From contig CAJGDP010000006.1 in assembly GCA_904502235.1 (NCBI GenBank), forward strand, positions 2,955 through 66,954: 64,000 nt of DNA, read 5' to 3'. Under the pieces are notes generated by a model that made no database searches, was not told where the DNA came from, and worked only from the letters and a program-made list of their open reading frames with translations. The translations under genes were made by a program, and so were the position numbers. Below, in pieces: positions 49,014 through 57,696 of the stretch. Numbering within the stretch: the stretch's first letter is position 1; each line of letters opens with the position of its first letter. Source of the stretch: an uncultured Bacteroidaceae bacterium (GTDB lineage: Bacteria > Bacteroidota > Bacteroidia > Bacteroidales > Bacteroidaceae).

Positions 49014-50126
49014 ATGATGCGTGGATTGTGGCTTGTTCTTCTATCTCTCTGCTTTATGATTTCGTGTAACAGCAGAGATGTAGAGCCTGTAGAGGGCAAA
49101 CAGGTGGAAATCCGCTACTCTTCGCTGCTTGCAATATGTGAAAGCAACGGTTATACCGTTGTGGATGTGAAGAATCCTTGGGGCGAAGGATTGCTCCGAC
49201 GCTATATTCTTGTACCGTCCGACAGCGCATTGCCACAGAACCTGCCAACCGGAACTCTTGTACGCACCCCATTGAGCAGAACGGTTCTCTTTTCGGGTGT
49301 CCATGCCCTGTTGTTCCAGGAACTTGAAGCCCTATCGGCAATATCAGGAGTTTGCGACTGCCGTTATATCTATTCAACGGGGGTGCAAAGTGGGCTTAAG
49401 GAGGGCACAATACTTGATTGTGGCAGTTCACTCGATATAAATACCGAAACAATTGTCCGGGTTAATCCCGATGCTATATTTGTCCTGCCATACGAAAACG
49501 GCGGTTATGGCAAACTCGACAGATTCTCTTACCCTTTGGTTGAGTGTGCCGACTATATGGAAACATCCCCCCTTGGCTGTGCCGAATGGGTGCGCTTTTA
49601 TGCACGTCTGCTTGGTTGCGACGAAAAAGGCGACTCCATCTTCAATGCCGTCTGCAATGAGTATGAGACTTTGCGTGGCAAGGTTTCGGATGTGAGCATA
49701 CGCCCAAAATTGATGTGTGAACTCAAAAGCACTTCGGCATGGTATGTCCCCGGTGGCAGTAGTACAATGGGGCAGATGTATAAGGATGCCGGAGCCGACT
49801 ATGTTTTTGCAGATTATGATACCAACGGTTCCGTGCCTCTCTCGGTTGAGGTGATGCTCGACAAGGCTGCCGATGCCGATGTCTGGTTGTTCAAATACAA
49901 CTCTTTAACCGACAGGACATACACCCAATTGTTGGGAGAGTATGCCGGATACGCGCATTTCAAGCCCTTTAAGGAGAAGAATGTTTATGCGTGTAATACT
50001 CATAGGAAGAATGTTTTTGAAGAGACTGCTTTCCATCCCGAAAGGTTCTTGAGGGATTTAGTATCGTTGTTCCATCCGTCGTTGTTCCCCGAATACAAAA
50101 CAGTATATTATGAAAAGATGCGTTGA
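49014..50126 (+). CDS. ABC transporter substrate-binding lipoprotein (iron-siderophore/cobalamin type, class 8)
   Basis: Starts at the ATG at 49014: MMRGLWLVLLSLCFMISCNS (lipobox). FecB/BtuF-like layout. It precedes a FecCD permease with a 17-nt overlap. Confidence 0.75.
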   Translation: MMRGLWLVLLSLCFMISCNSRDVEPVEGKQVEIRYSSLLAICESNGYTVVDVKNPWGEGLLRRYILVPSDSALPQNLPTGTLVRTPLSRTVLFSGVHALLFQELEALSAISGVCDCRYIYSTGVQSGLKEGTILDCGSSLDINTETIVRVNPDAIFVLPYENGGYGKLDRFSYPLVECADYMETSPLGCAEWVRFYARLLGCDEKGDSIFNAVCNEYETLRGKVSDVSIRPKLMCELKSTSAWYVPGGSSTMGQMYKDAGADYVFADYDTNGSVPLSVEVMLDKAADADVWLFKYNSLTDRTYTQLLGEYAGYAHFKPFKEKNVYACNTHRKNVFEETAFHPERFLRDLVSLFHPSLFPEYKTVYYEKMR

Positions 50127-51135
50127 TAAAAGAATAGGCTTTCTGTTGCTTACACTTTTTATTGTGCTCCTATTTCTGGCAAATCTTGTTTACGGTTCGG
50201 TGGATATACCGTGCAAGGATGTACTGTCGATACTGCTTGGAGGCGACAGCGAACGCGAAGCATGGAGGCTTATAGTCCTTGAAACACGACTTCCGCAAGC
50301 TTTCACAGCCTTGCTCACTGGTGCGGCAATCTCGGTTGCAGGCTTACTGTTGCAGACACTCTTCAATAATCCTCTCGCAGGCCCCGAAGTGCTCGGAATC
50401 AACAGTGGAGCAGGGCTTGGCGTGGCAGTTGTTATGCTGTTCATGCAGGGCGTGCTTGTCGCAGGCGGTATGGGCGTAACCGCTTATTTTGCAATATTTT
50501 TCGGAGCATTCCTGGGAGCGGCAGTTGTGATGGCAGTTATATTGCTTTTGTCTTCAATCCTTAGAAATAAAGTTCTTCTCCTGATTGTGGGCGTAGCGGT
50601 GGGCTATCTGGCATCGTCGCTCATATCGGTGCTGAACTACTTTGCAACATCCGAGGGAGTGCACTCCTATCTTGTTTGGGGAATGGGAAGTTTCAGCGCA
50701 GTGTCTGCAGCGCAACTTCCGCTCTATGCCGTGCCGGTATTGCTACTGCTTGCAGTTGCACTATTCATGATGAAACCGCTGAATGCCCTTCTTTTGGGCG
50801 ATGCCTATGCCCATAACCTTGGCGTGAATGTCAAGCAAGTGCGTGGAGTATTGCTCACTGTTACGGGATTGCTCACAGCTATGGTAACAGCATTCTGCGG
50901 ACCGATATCCTTTCTTGGACTTGCAGTCCCCCACATAGCACGTCTGCTATTTAAAACAAATAACCATCACCGCCTTCTCCCTGCAACAATGCTTACAGGC
51001 GCATCCACAGCACTTGTCTGCAATCTTGTGTGCCAACTCCCCGGCGAAAGCGGCTTGCTCCCCTTGGGCGCAATAACACCCCTCATCGGCGCACCAGTGA
51101 TAATATATGTGGTGCTCAGGAATAGGGGGATGTGA
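50110..51135 (+). CDS. FecCD/BtuC-family ABC transporter permease
   Basis: 341 aa, highly hydrophobic. ...RLPQAFTALLTGAAISVAGLLLQTLFNNPLAGPEVLGINSGAGLG... is typical of FecCD. Confidence 0.9.
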   Translation: MKRCVDKRIGFLLLTLFIVLLFLANLVYGSVDIPCKDVLSILLGGDSEREAWRLIVLETRLPQAFTALLTGAAISVAGLLLQTLFNNPLAGPEVLGINSGAGLGVAVVMLFMQGVLVAGGMGVTAYFAIFFGAFLGAAVVMAVILLLSSILRNKVLLLIVGVAVGYLASSLISVLNYFATSEGVHSYLVWGMGSFSAVSAAQLPLYAVPVLLLLAVALFMMKPLNALLLGDAYAHNLGVNVKQVRGVLLTVTGLLTAMVTAFCGPISFLGLAVPHIARLLFKTNNHHRLLPATMLTGASTALVCNLVCQLPGESGLLPLGAITPLIGAPVIIYVVLRNRGM

Positions 51136-51212
51136 TTGGGGAGAAAGCATTCTTATGCTGTCCGATCCAAAAGTATCTTCGTGAAAATTCTTTGTTTTTT
51201 ATGAATTCTTAT

Positions 51213-51220
51213 TATTTTTG
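51213..51220 (+). promoter_or_regulatory. -7 promoter box (candidate) for the T5orf172 gene
   Basis: tatttttg (exact), with TTTG 18 nt upstream (51191-51194). A second box, tatcttcg, lies at 51174-51181. Confidence 0.4.
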
Positions 51221-51297
51221 CTTGACGAAAAATTTGTGCCCTGTGCTGAATGGATGTGTAGATTTAGGTTGGTGTAAATGAATAAACTATTTAAAAT

Positions 51298-51981
51298 ATG
51301 TGTAGCAAAGAATTTGGTTATGTTTATATATTGACTAATCCCAGTTTTCGTGAAGATTGGGTAAAAATTGGCAAAAGTTCTCGCCCTGTAGATGTGAGAA
51401 GTAAGGAACTTGACAATACTGCAGTTCCTCTCCCTTTTGAAATTTATGCTACACTCAGAACCTCTAAGTATGACAAGGTGGAAAAGCAGATTCATAAACA
51501 GATAGATCGTCTTACCGATTTGCGTATACGTCAGAAACGTGAGTTCTTCAATATTGCTCCATCGGTTGCTCTTGATATAATGCGCGACATCGCAGACTTG
51601 CTCGAAGATGCTGAATTGGCAGTGTATGTTGACGGCAAACCTGTTATAAGTGGTAGTAAAGATGAAGATAAGAAAATCGATGCTGCAAATGAGGATAAAA
51701 AGCGTAAAAAGGCGAAGCCGGCATTTAAATTTCACATGGTAGGGCTTAATGTGGGTGATACAATTGTTTTCGATGCGCTTAATCTGTCTGTAAAAGTGGC
51801 TTCTGATGATAAAATAGAATATGAGGGACGCTTATGGTCTCTTTCTGCTTTTACAGCTGAATTTCTTCCAGAGAATATACAAAATACTTCCGGAGCTTAT
51901 CAGGGTCCGAAGTTTTTTAGCTATGGGGGTAAAACTTTGTCGCAGATGCGATTGGAGGTTGAAGAGACTATGAATAAATAA
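51298..51981 (+). CDS. T5orf172 / MUG113-type (GIY-YIG-like) domain protein with an unassigned C-terminal domain
   Basis: FGYVYILTNPSFREDWVKIGKSSRPVDVRSKELDNTAVPLPFEIY...EKQIHKQI...REFFNI is the T5orf172 pattern. A Lys/Asp linker is followed by a ~85-aa C-terminal domain. Confidence 0.75.
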   Translation: MCSKEFGYVYILTNPSFREDWVKIGKSSRPVDVRSKELDNTAVPLPFEIYATLRTSKYDKVEKQIHKQIDRLTDLRIRQKREFFNIAPSVALDIMRDIADLLEDAELAVYVDGKPVISGSKDEDKKIDAANEDKKRKKAKPAFKFHMVGLNVGDTIVFDALNLSVKVASDDKIEYEGRLWSLSAFTAEFLPENIQNTSGAYQGPKFFSYGGKTLSQMRLEVEETMNK

Positions 51982-52288
51982 CAACGCTGAACAAAAGTGC
52001 CTAATACGAAATAGTCTTCAGTGAATTTCTTGAAAATGCCGTGTGTATCATTTAATGAATTACATATTTTTGAACAAGACAATTCGTCAGTTGTCGACCG
52101 ATGAATTTACAAACGTTTCTATTTAAGGTGTTTTTTATCAATAGGATATTCTTTAATCAATCAACCTTAGAAATTTTGATGATGTTCCAAATGTCGGTTG
52201 ACTAAGCTACCGCGTTATTTTGTTTTATTTTGTCAATTAAACATGCTATTTCTCTTTTAAAATTCTTGTATAAACTGAAAAAAGAGTT

Positions 52289-52296
52289 TATTTTTG
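52289..52296 (+). promoter_or_regulatory. -7 promoter box for the ilv operon
   Basis: tatttttg (exact), 135 nt upstream of the ilvD ATG. Confidence 0.5.
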
Positions 52297-52387
52297 CAAT
52301 CTTAATCGAGAAAACGGTAATATTTGTATTTTATAGTCCTGTTTCGGCTGTTTTTGGTTGAAAATGGGGATACATCTATTTTGAATG

Positions 52388-52418
52388 CCTTTCTCTTTTT
52401 GGGGAAAGGTTTCTTGTT
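52388..52418 (+). terminator. Leader hairpin plus U-tract upstream of ilvD (possible attenuator)
   Basis: cctttctc (52388-52395) pairs with ggggaaagg (52401-52409), followed by tttcttgtt. It ends 13 nt before the ilvD ATG. Confidence 0.35.
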
Positions 52419-52430
52419 AAAATTAATGTT

Positions 52431-54233
52431 ATGAAGATAAAGTTAAGAAGTGCGCAGTCGACCGAAGGTCGCCGTATGGCGGGTGCCAGAGCTTTGTGGA
52501 TTGCCAATGGTATGAAGCGTGAGATGTTCGGCAAGCCTATCATTGCGATTGCGAATTCGTTTACACAACTTGTTCCGGGACATACTCATCTGCACGAGGC
52601 TGGTCAGATTGTGAAGGCTGAAATTGAGAAGATGGGTTGCTATGCGGCTGAATTCAATACTATTGCCATTGACGATGGTATAGCAATGGGACACGATGGC
52701 ATGTTGTACTCTTTGCCTTCGCGCGATATTATTGCCGACAGTGTGGAGTATATGTGCAATGCGCATAAGGTTGATGCTCTTGTGTGTATATCAAACTGCG
52801 ACAAGATTACTCCGGGTATGCTCATGGCTGCTATGCGCCTGAATATCCCCACAGTATTTGTGTCGGGTGGTCCTATGGAAAAGGGTACTTGGAAAAACGA
52901 GAGTCTTGACCTTGTAATTGCTATGGTGAAGGCTGCCGACAATACTGTGAGCGATGAGGAACTTGCTGAAATTGAAAAGCGTTCATGTCCGGGATGCGGT
53001 TCATGTTCGGGTATGTTTACTGCGAATTCAATGAACTCTCTTACCGAGGCTATCGGACTTTCGCTCCCAGGCAACGGTACTGTGCTTGCCACTCACGAGA
53101 ACCGCGTTCAACTTTTGAAGGATGCTGCAAAGCATATTGTTGAGAATGCCATGAAGTATTATGGTGAGGGCGATGAGAGTGTTCTTCCACACAGCATTGC
53201 AACACGTGCGGCTTTCATGAATGCCATGACTTTGGATATAGCCATGGGCGGTTCCACAAATACTATCCTTCACTTGCTTGCTGTTGCGCAGGAGGCGGGT
53301 GTGGATTTCAAGATGTCGGACATTGATGCTCTCAGCCGCAAGGTGCCTTGCTTGTGCAAGTTGGCTCCTAATGGTCCTAAATACGGCGTTCAGGATTGTG
53401 GCCGTGCCGGTGGTATTCTTGGAATACTTGGTGAATTGGCTAAGGGTGGATTGCTCGATACATCGGTGAAACGTGTGACAGGTGCTACGCTTGCCGAGGA
53501 TATTGCCAGATATTGCATTACTGGCGATGCCGTGGATGCTGAGGCTGCAAGGGTGTATGGAACTGCTCCTGCAAATGTGTTCAGCAATGTTATGGGTTCA
53601 CAGAACTGCTATTATGATACTCTTGACACCGACCGCGAGAACGGTTGTATACGTTCTCTTGAGAATGCCTATACCAAGGATGGCGGTCTGGCAATCCTTT
53701 TCGGAAATATTGCTCAGGATGGTTGTGTAGTAAAGACTGCCGGCGTGGATGAGAGTATATGGAAATTCAGCGGAAAGGCTAAGGTGTTCGATTCGCAGGA
53801 GGCTGCCGTTGAGGGTATTCTTGGCGGTGCTGTGCAGGCCGGTGATGTCGTGGTAATCATATACGAAGGTCCTAAGGGTGGCCCGGGTATGCAGGAGATG
53901 CTTTATCCTACATCGTACATCAAGTCGCGTCATCTTGGCAAGGAGTGTGCGCTTATTACAGACGGACGTTTCAGTGGTGGTACATCGGGCTTGAGCATAG
54001 GTCATATTTCACCGGAGGCTGCCGCAGGTGGCAATATCGGTAAACTGCGCGACGGTGATATCATTGAAATTGATATACCGGCACGTACTATAAATGTGCG
54101 TCTCAGCGACGAGGAACTTGCTGCGCGCGAGATGTTCCCTATGACACGCGACCGTGTTGTTTCAAAGAGCCTCAAGGCATATGCCAATATGGTTAGTTCT
54201 GCCGACAAGGGAGGCGTAAGAATTATTGATTGA
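52431..54233 (+). CDS. ilvD: Dihydroxy-acid dehydratase
   Basis: 600 aa with [20 protein letters not shown] and the [12 protein letters not shown] motifs. Confidence 0.97.
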   Translation: MKIKLRSAQSTEGRRMAGARALWIANGMKREMFGKPIIAIANSFTQLVPGHTHLHEAGQIVKAEIEKMGCYAAEFNTIAIDDGIAMGHDGMLYSLPSRDIIADSVEYMCNAHKVDALVCISNCDKITPGMLMAAMRLNIPTVFVSGGPMEKGTWKNESLDLVIAMVKAADNTVSDEELAEIEKRSCPGCGSCSGMFTANSMNSLTEAIGLSLPGNGTVLATHENRVQLLKDAAKHIVENAMKYYGEGDESVLPHSIATRAAFMNAMTLDIAMGGSTNTILHLLAVAQEAGVDFKMSDIDALSRKVPCLCKLAPNGPKYGVQDCGRAGGILGILGELAKGGLLDTSVKRVTGATLAEDIARYCITGDAVDAEAARVYGTAPANVFSNVMGSQNCYYDTLDTDRENGCIRSLENAYTKDGGLAILFGNIAQDGCVVKTAGVDESIWKFSGKAKVFDSQEAAVEGILGGAVQAGDVVVIIYEGPKGGPGMQEMLYPTSYIKSRHLGKECALITDGRFSGGTSGLSIGHISPEAAAGGNIGKLRDGDIIEIDIPARTINVRLSDEELAAREMFPMTRDRVVSKSLKAYANMVSSADKGGVRIID

Positions 54234-54237
54234 TTTT

Positions 54238-55932
54238 ATGAGTAAAGAGATTATATCAGGTGGTGAGGCGCTGATGCGCTCTCTTATAAATGAAGGTGTT
54301 GATACGGTCTTCGGTTATCCCGGTGGCTCTATCATGCCTGTATTCGATGCCATGTACGACCATCGCACCGACTTCCGTCAGGTGCTTGTGCGTCATGAGC
54401 AGGGCGCTGTGCATGCGGCGCAAGGTTATGCACGCAGTTCGGGTAAGGTGGGTGTTTCCATCGTAACCAGCGGACCCGGTGCAACAAATACATTGACAGG
54501 TATCAGTGATGCTATGCTCGACAGTACTCCTGTTGTGGTTATTGCAGGTCAGGTGGGATGTGCGGTGCTTGGTACTGATGCTTTCCAGGAGATTGACTTT
54601 GTGGGTATCACACAGCCTATTACAAAGTGGAGTTATCAGATACGTCGTCCCGAGGATGTGGCTTGGGCGGTTGCACGTGCTTTCTACATTGCACGAACAG
54701 GTCGTCCCGGTCCTGTGGTTCTCGACTTTACAAAGAATGCGCAGGTTGCCATGACTGAATACGAGCCTGCTTTTGTGGATGCTGTAAGAAGTTATATCCC
54801 TTATCCCACACCATGCCGTAAGGCTGTGGAGGAGGCTGCGGCTCTTATCAATGCCGCTGAGCGTCCGTTCATGATTGTAGGTCAGGGTATTGAACTTGGT
54901 GAGGCTCATCAGGAACTCAAGGCTTTTGCCGAAAAGGCAAATATCCCTGTGGGAAAGACTTTATTGGGCTTGTCGGCTCTTCCAAGCGACCATCCTCTGT
55001 GTGTGGGTATGCTTGGTATGCATGGTAATTATGGTCCTAACTACAACACGAACCAGTGTGATCTGCTCATTGCGGTGGGTATGCGTTTCAGCGACCGTGT
55101 AACTGGTAATGTGGCTACATACGCAAAGCAGGCAAAGGTTATACATATAGACATAGACCACGCGGAAATCAACAAGAATGTGGCAGTGGATGTTCCTATT
55201 GTGGGCGACTGCAAGGAGGTGCTCCCAATGCTTACAGAACTTGTAGAGCAACGCGACCATAGCAAGTGGGTGGAGAGTTTTGCCGAACTGAATGCCGTTG
55301 AGTATGAAAAGGTGGGCCGTAAGGCTTTGAATCCAACCGTGGGTCCTTTGCTCATGGGTGAAGTGGCACGCAAGGTTAGCGAGGCTTCGAACAACAGTGC
55401 GATATTGGTAACTGATGTAGGTCAGAATCAGATGATGTCGTCGCGCTACTTCAAATATACTCTTCCGCGCAGCATCCTTACATCGGGCGGTCTTGGTACA
55501 ATGGGTTACGGTTTGCCTGCGGCGATAGGCGCAAAGATGGCTATGCCCGAACGTACCGTGTGCCTGTTTACCGGTGATGGTGGTTTCCAGATGAATATTC
55601 AGGAACTTGGTACAATAATGGAGCAGGGTACTGCCGTAAAGATGATTCTGTTGAACAACAACTATCTTGGCAATGTGCGCCAGTGGCAGGAACTCTTCTT
55701 TGACCACCGTTATTCATGGACTCCAATGCTCAATCCCGAATATTCATTGATAGCAAAGGGCTATGGTATCCCATCGCGTCTTGTCATTGAGCGTGCGGAG
55801 TTGGATGATGCCATCCGTGAGATGTTGTCAACTCCCGGTCCGTTCCTTTTGCATGTTGCCGTTAAGGAGGAGGACAATGTTATGCCTATGACACCTCCGG
55901 GAGCAACGGTAAGTGAAATGATTTTTGAATAA
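54238..55932 (+). CDS. ilvB: Acetolactate synthase, large (catalytic) subunit
   Basis: Starts at the ATG at 54238. GYPGGSIMPVFDA, GLGTMGYGLPAAIGAK, and GDGGFQMN (ThDP-binding motif). Confidence 0.95.
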   Translation: MSKEIISGGEALMRSLINEGVDTVFGYPGGSIMPVFDAMYDHRTDFRQVLVRHEQGAVHAAQGYARSSGKVGVSIVTSGPGATNTLTGISDAMLDSTPVVVIAGQVGCAVLGTDAFQEIDFVGITQPITKWSYQIRRPEDVAWAVARAFYIARTGRPGPVVLDFTKNAQVAMTEYEPAFVDAVRSYIPYPTPCRKAVEEAAALINAAERPFMIVGQGIELGEAHQELKAFAEKANIPVGKTLLGLSALPSDHPLCVGMLGMHGNYGPNYNTNQCDLLIAVGMRFSDRVTGNVATYAKQAKVIHIDIDHAEINKNVAVDVPIVGDCKEVLPMLTELVEQRDHSKWVESFAELNAVEYEKVGRKALNPTVGPLLMGEVARKVSEASNNSAILVTDVGQNQMMSSRYFKYTLPRSILTSGGLGTMGYGLPAAIGAKMAMPERTVCLFTGDGGFQMNIQELGTIMEQGTAVKMILLNNNYLGNVRQWQELFFDHRYSWTPMLNPEYSLIAKGYGIPSRLVIERAELDDAIREMLSTPGPFLLHVAVKEEDNVMPMTPPGATVSEMIFE

Positions 55933-55938
55933 GCTGCT

Positions 55939-56487
55939 ATGGAAAAGAAATTATATACAATAATCATATATACCGAGAATATTGCCGGTATGTTGAATCA
56001 GGTAACAGCGGAGTTTACCCGTAGAATGATGAACATCGACACAATTACAGCGTCGTCATCTTCGGTTGAGGGTGTTCACCGTTATACTATCACTCTTTGG
56101 GGTGAGGAGGATTCTATACAAAAGGTAACAAAGCGAATAGAGAAGAAAGTGGATGTGCTTAAGGCGGACTATTATGTTGATAAGGAAATCTTCTTCCAGG
56201 AGGTTGCGCTTTACAAACTTTCGACTCCGCAGATTATGGAGAATCCCAAGATTTCTAAACTGATACGCCACAATGGTGCTCATGTAATTGAGATGAATGC
56301 CAACTATACTGTTGTTGAAAAGACCGGTTCAACCGATGATATTCTTGAACTCTATAACGAGTTCGTTGCACAGCAGTGTATGTTGCAGTTCGTCAAGTCG
56401 GGACGTGTCGCAGTTCCGCGCGATTCAATAGAGAATCTTACAGAACTGCTTTTCAATGAGGATTATAAAAGAAAACCAATAATATAA
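55939..56487 (+). CDS. ilvN: Acetolactate synthase, small (regulatory, ACT-domain) subunit
   Basis: 182 aa with the ACT-like N-terminus YTIIIYTENIAGMLNQVTAEFTRRMMNIDTITAS. It lies between ilvB and ilvC. Confidence 0.88.
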   Translation: MEKKLYTIIIYTENIAGMLNQVTAEFTRRMMNIDTITASSSSVEGVHRYTITLWGEEDSIQKVTKRIEKKVDVLKADYYVDKEIFFQEVALYKLSTPQIMENPKISKLIRHNGAHVIEMNANYTVVEKTGSTDDILELYNEFVAQQCMLQFVKSGRVAVPRDSIENLTELLFNEDYKRKPII

Positions 56488-56496
56488 AGAACAATT

Positions 56497-57540
56497 ATGG
56501 CAGAAATGAATTTTGGTGGAGTAATAGAGAATGTTGTTACTTCACAGGAGTTTTCTCTTGAGAAAGCTCGTGAGATTATGAAGGACGAGGTTATTGCAGT
56601 TCTTGGCTATGGTGTTCAGGGCCCAGGTCAGGCATGCAACTTGCGCGATAACGGTTTCAATGTAATCGTCGGTCAGCGCGAAGGTGCTACATACGACAAG
56701 GCAGTTGCTGACGGCTGGGTTCCCGGTGAGACACTTTTCTCTATCGAAGAGGCTGCTCAGCGCGGTACAATCGTTTGTATGTTGCTTTCAGACGCTGCTC
56801 AGATTGCAATATGGCCAAAGGTTAAGGAGTATATGACAACCGGCAAGGCTCTCTACTTCTCACACGGTTTCGGTATCAACTGGAACGACAGAACAGGTAT
56901 TGTTCCTCCGGCAGATGTGGATGTAATCATGGTTGCTCCAAAGGGTTCAGGTACATCTTTGCGTACAATGTTCCTCGAGGGACGTGGCTTGAATGCCTCT
57001 TATGCAATCCATCAGGATGCTACAGGCAAGGCTCTCGACCGTGTTTTGGCATTCGGTATCGGTATCGGTTCGGGCTATATGTTCGAGACTACATTCGAGC
57101 GTGAGGCTGTATCTGACCTCACAGGTGAGCGTGGTTCGCTTATGGGTGCGGTACAGGGATTGTTCCTTGCTCAGTACGAGGTTCTGCGTGAGAACGGACA
57201 CACTCCTTCCGAGGCTTTCAATGAGACAGTTGAGGAGCTTACACAGTCGCTCATGCCATTGTTCTCAGCCAAGGGTATGGACTGGATGTATGCGAACTGT
57301 TCAACCACAGCACAGCGTGGTGCTCTCGATTGGATGACTCCTTTCCACGATGCCATCAAGCCTGTTATGTACAAGTTGTACGAGGCTGTAAAGTGCGGCG
57401 AGGAAGCTCAGAGATCTATCGACTCTAACTCTCAGCCCGACTATCGCGAGAAGCTCAACGAGGAGTTGAAGGCTTTGCGCGAAAGCGAGATGTGGCAGGC
57501 TGGTGCGGTTGTACGTCAGTTGCGTCCCGAGAACAAGTAA
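56497..57540 (+). CDS. ilvC: Ketol-acid reductoisomerase (class I)
   Basis: VLGYGVQGPGQACNLRDNG and the typical class I length of 347 aa. Confidence 0.97.
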   Translation: MAEMNFGGVIENVVTSQEFSLEKAREIMKDEVIAVLGYGVQGPGQACNLRDNGFNVIVGQREGATYDKAVADGWVPGETLFSIEEAAQRGTIVCMLLSDAAQIAIWPKVKEYMTTGKALYFSHGFGINWNDRTGIVPPADVDVIMVAPKGSGTSLRTMFLEGRGLNASYAIHQDATGKALDRVLAFGIGIGSGYMFETTFEREAVSDLTGERGSLMGAVQGLFLAQYEVLRENGHTPSEAFNETVEELTQSLMPLFSAKGMDWMYANCSTTAQRGALDWMTPFHDAIKPVMYKLYEAVKCGEEAQRSIDSNSQPDYREKLNEELKALRESEMWQAGAVVRQLRPENK

Positions 57541-57588
57541 TTCTTGCAGAGTTATAGGGACAGGCATTTTGCCGTCCTGAGTTCAAAT

Positions 57589-57630
57589 AGGGAAAATCCT
57601 TCGGTTTTGTAGGGATTTTCCCTGTTTTTT
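57589..57630 (+). terminator. Rho-independent terminator of the ilv operon
   Basis: agggaaaatcc (57589-57599) pairs with ggattttccct (57613-57623), followed by gtttttt. Confidence 0.8.
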
Positions 57631-57645
57631 GCTTTTCTTTGTAAC

Positions 57646-57653
57646 TAACTTCG
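57646..57653 (+). promoter_or_regulatory. -7 promoter box
   Basis: taacttcg (one mismatch), 44 nt upstream of the ATG at 57697. Confidence 0.4.
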
Positions 57654-57696
57654 TACCGTAAAAAAGTATGAAGGTAAAATAAAAAGATATAATGTT

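Noticed and set aside
51199-51735. A 178-aa minus-strand ORF overlapping the T5orf172 gene
   Set aside because: Its Phe/Ile/Asn/Leu-rich composition is what AT-rich DNA gives when read in a random frame. The plus-strand product carries the recognisable T5orf172 pattern.
51185-52297. Similar strings flanking the T5orf172 islet (aaaattcttt...ttatttttgc at 51185-51222 and aaaattcttg...ttatttttgc at 52259-52297), considered as possible target-site duplication
   Set aside because: Only the ends match and the ~20-nt middles are unrelated. The shared parts are the -33-like and -7 promoter elements at normal spacing. This is two promoters rather than a duplication.
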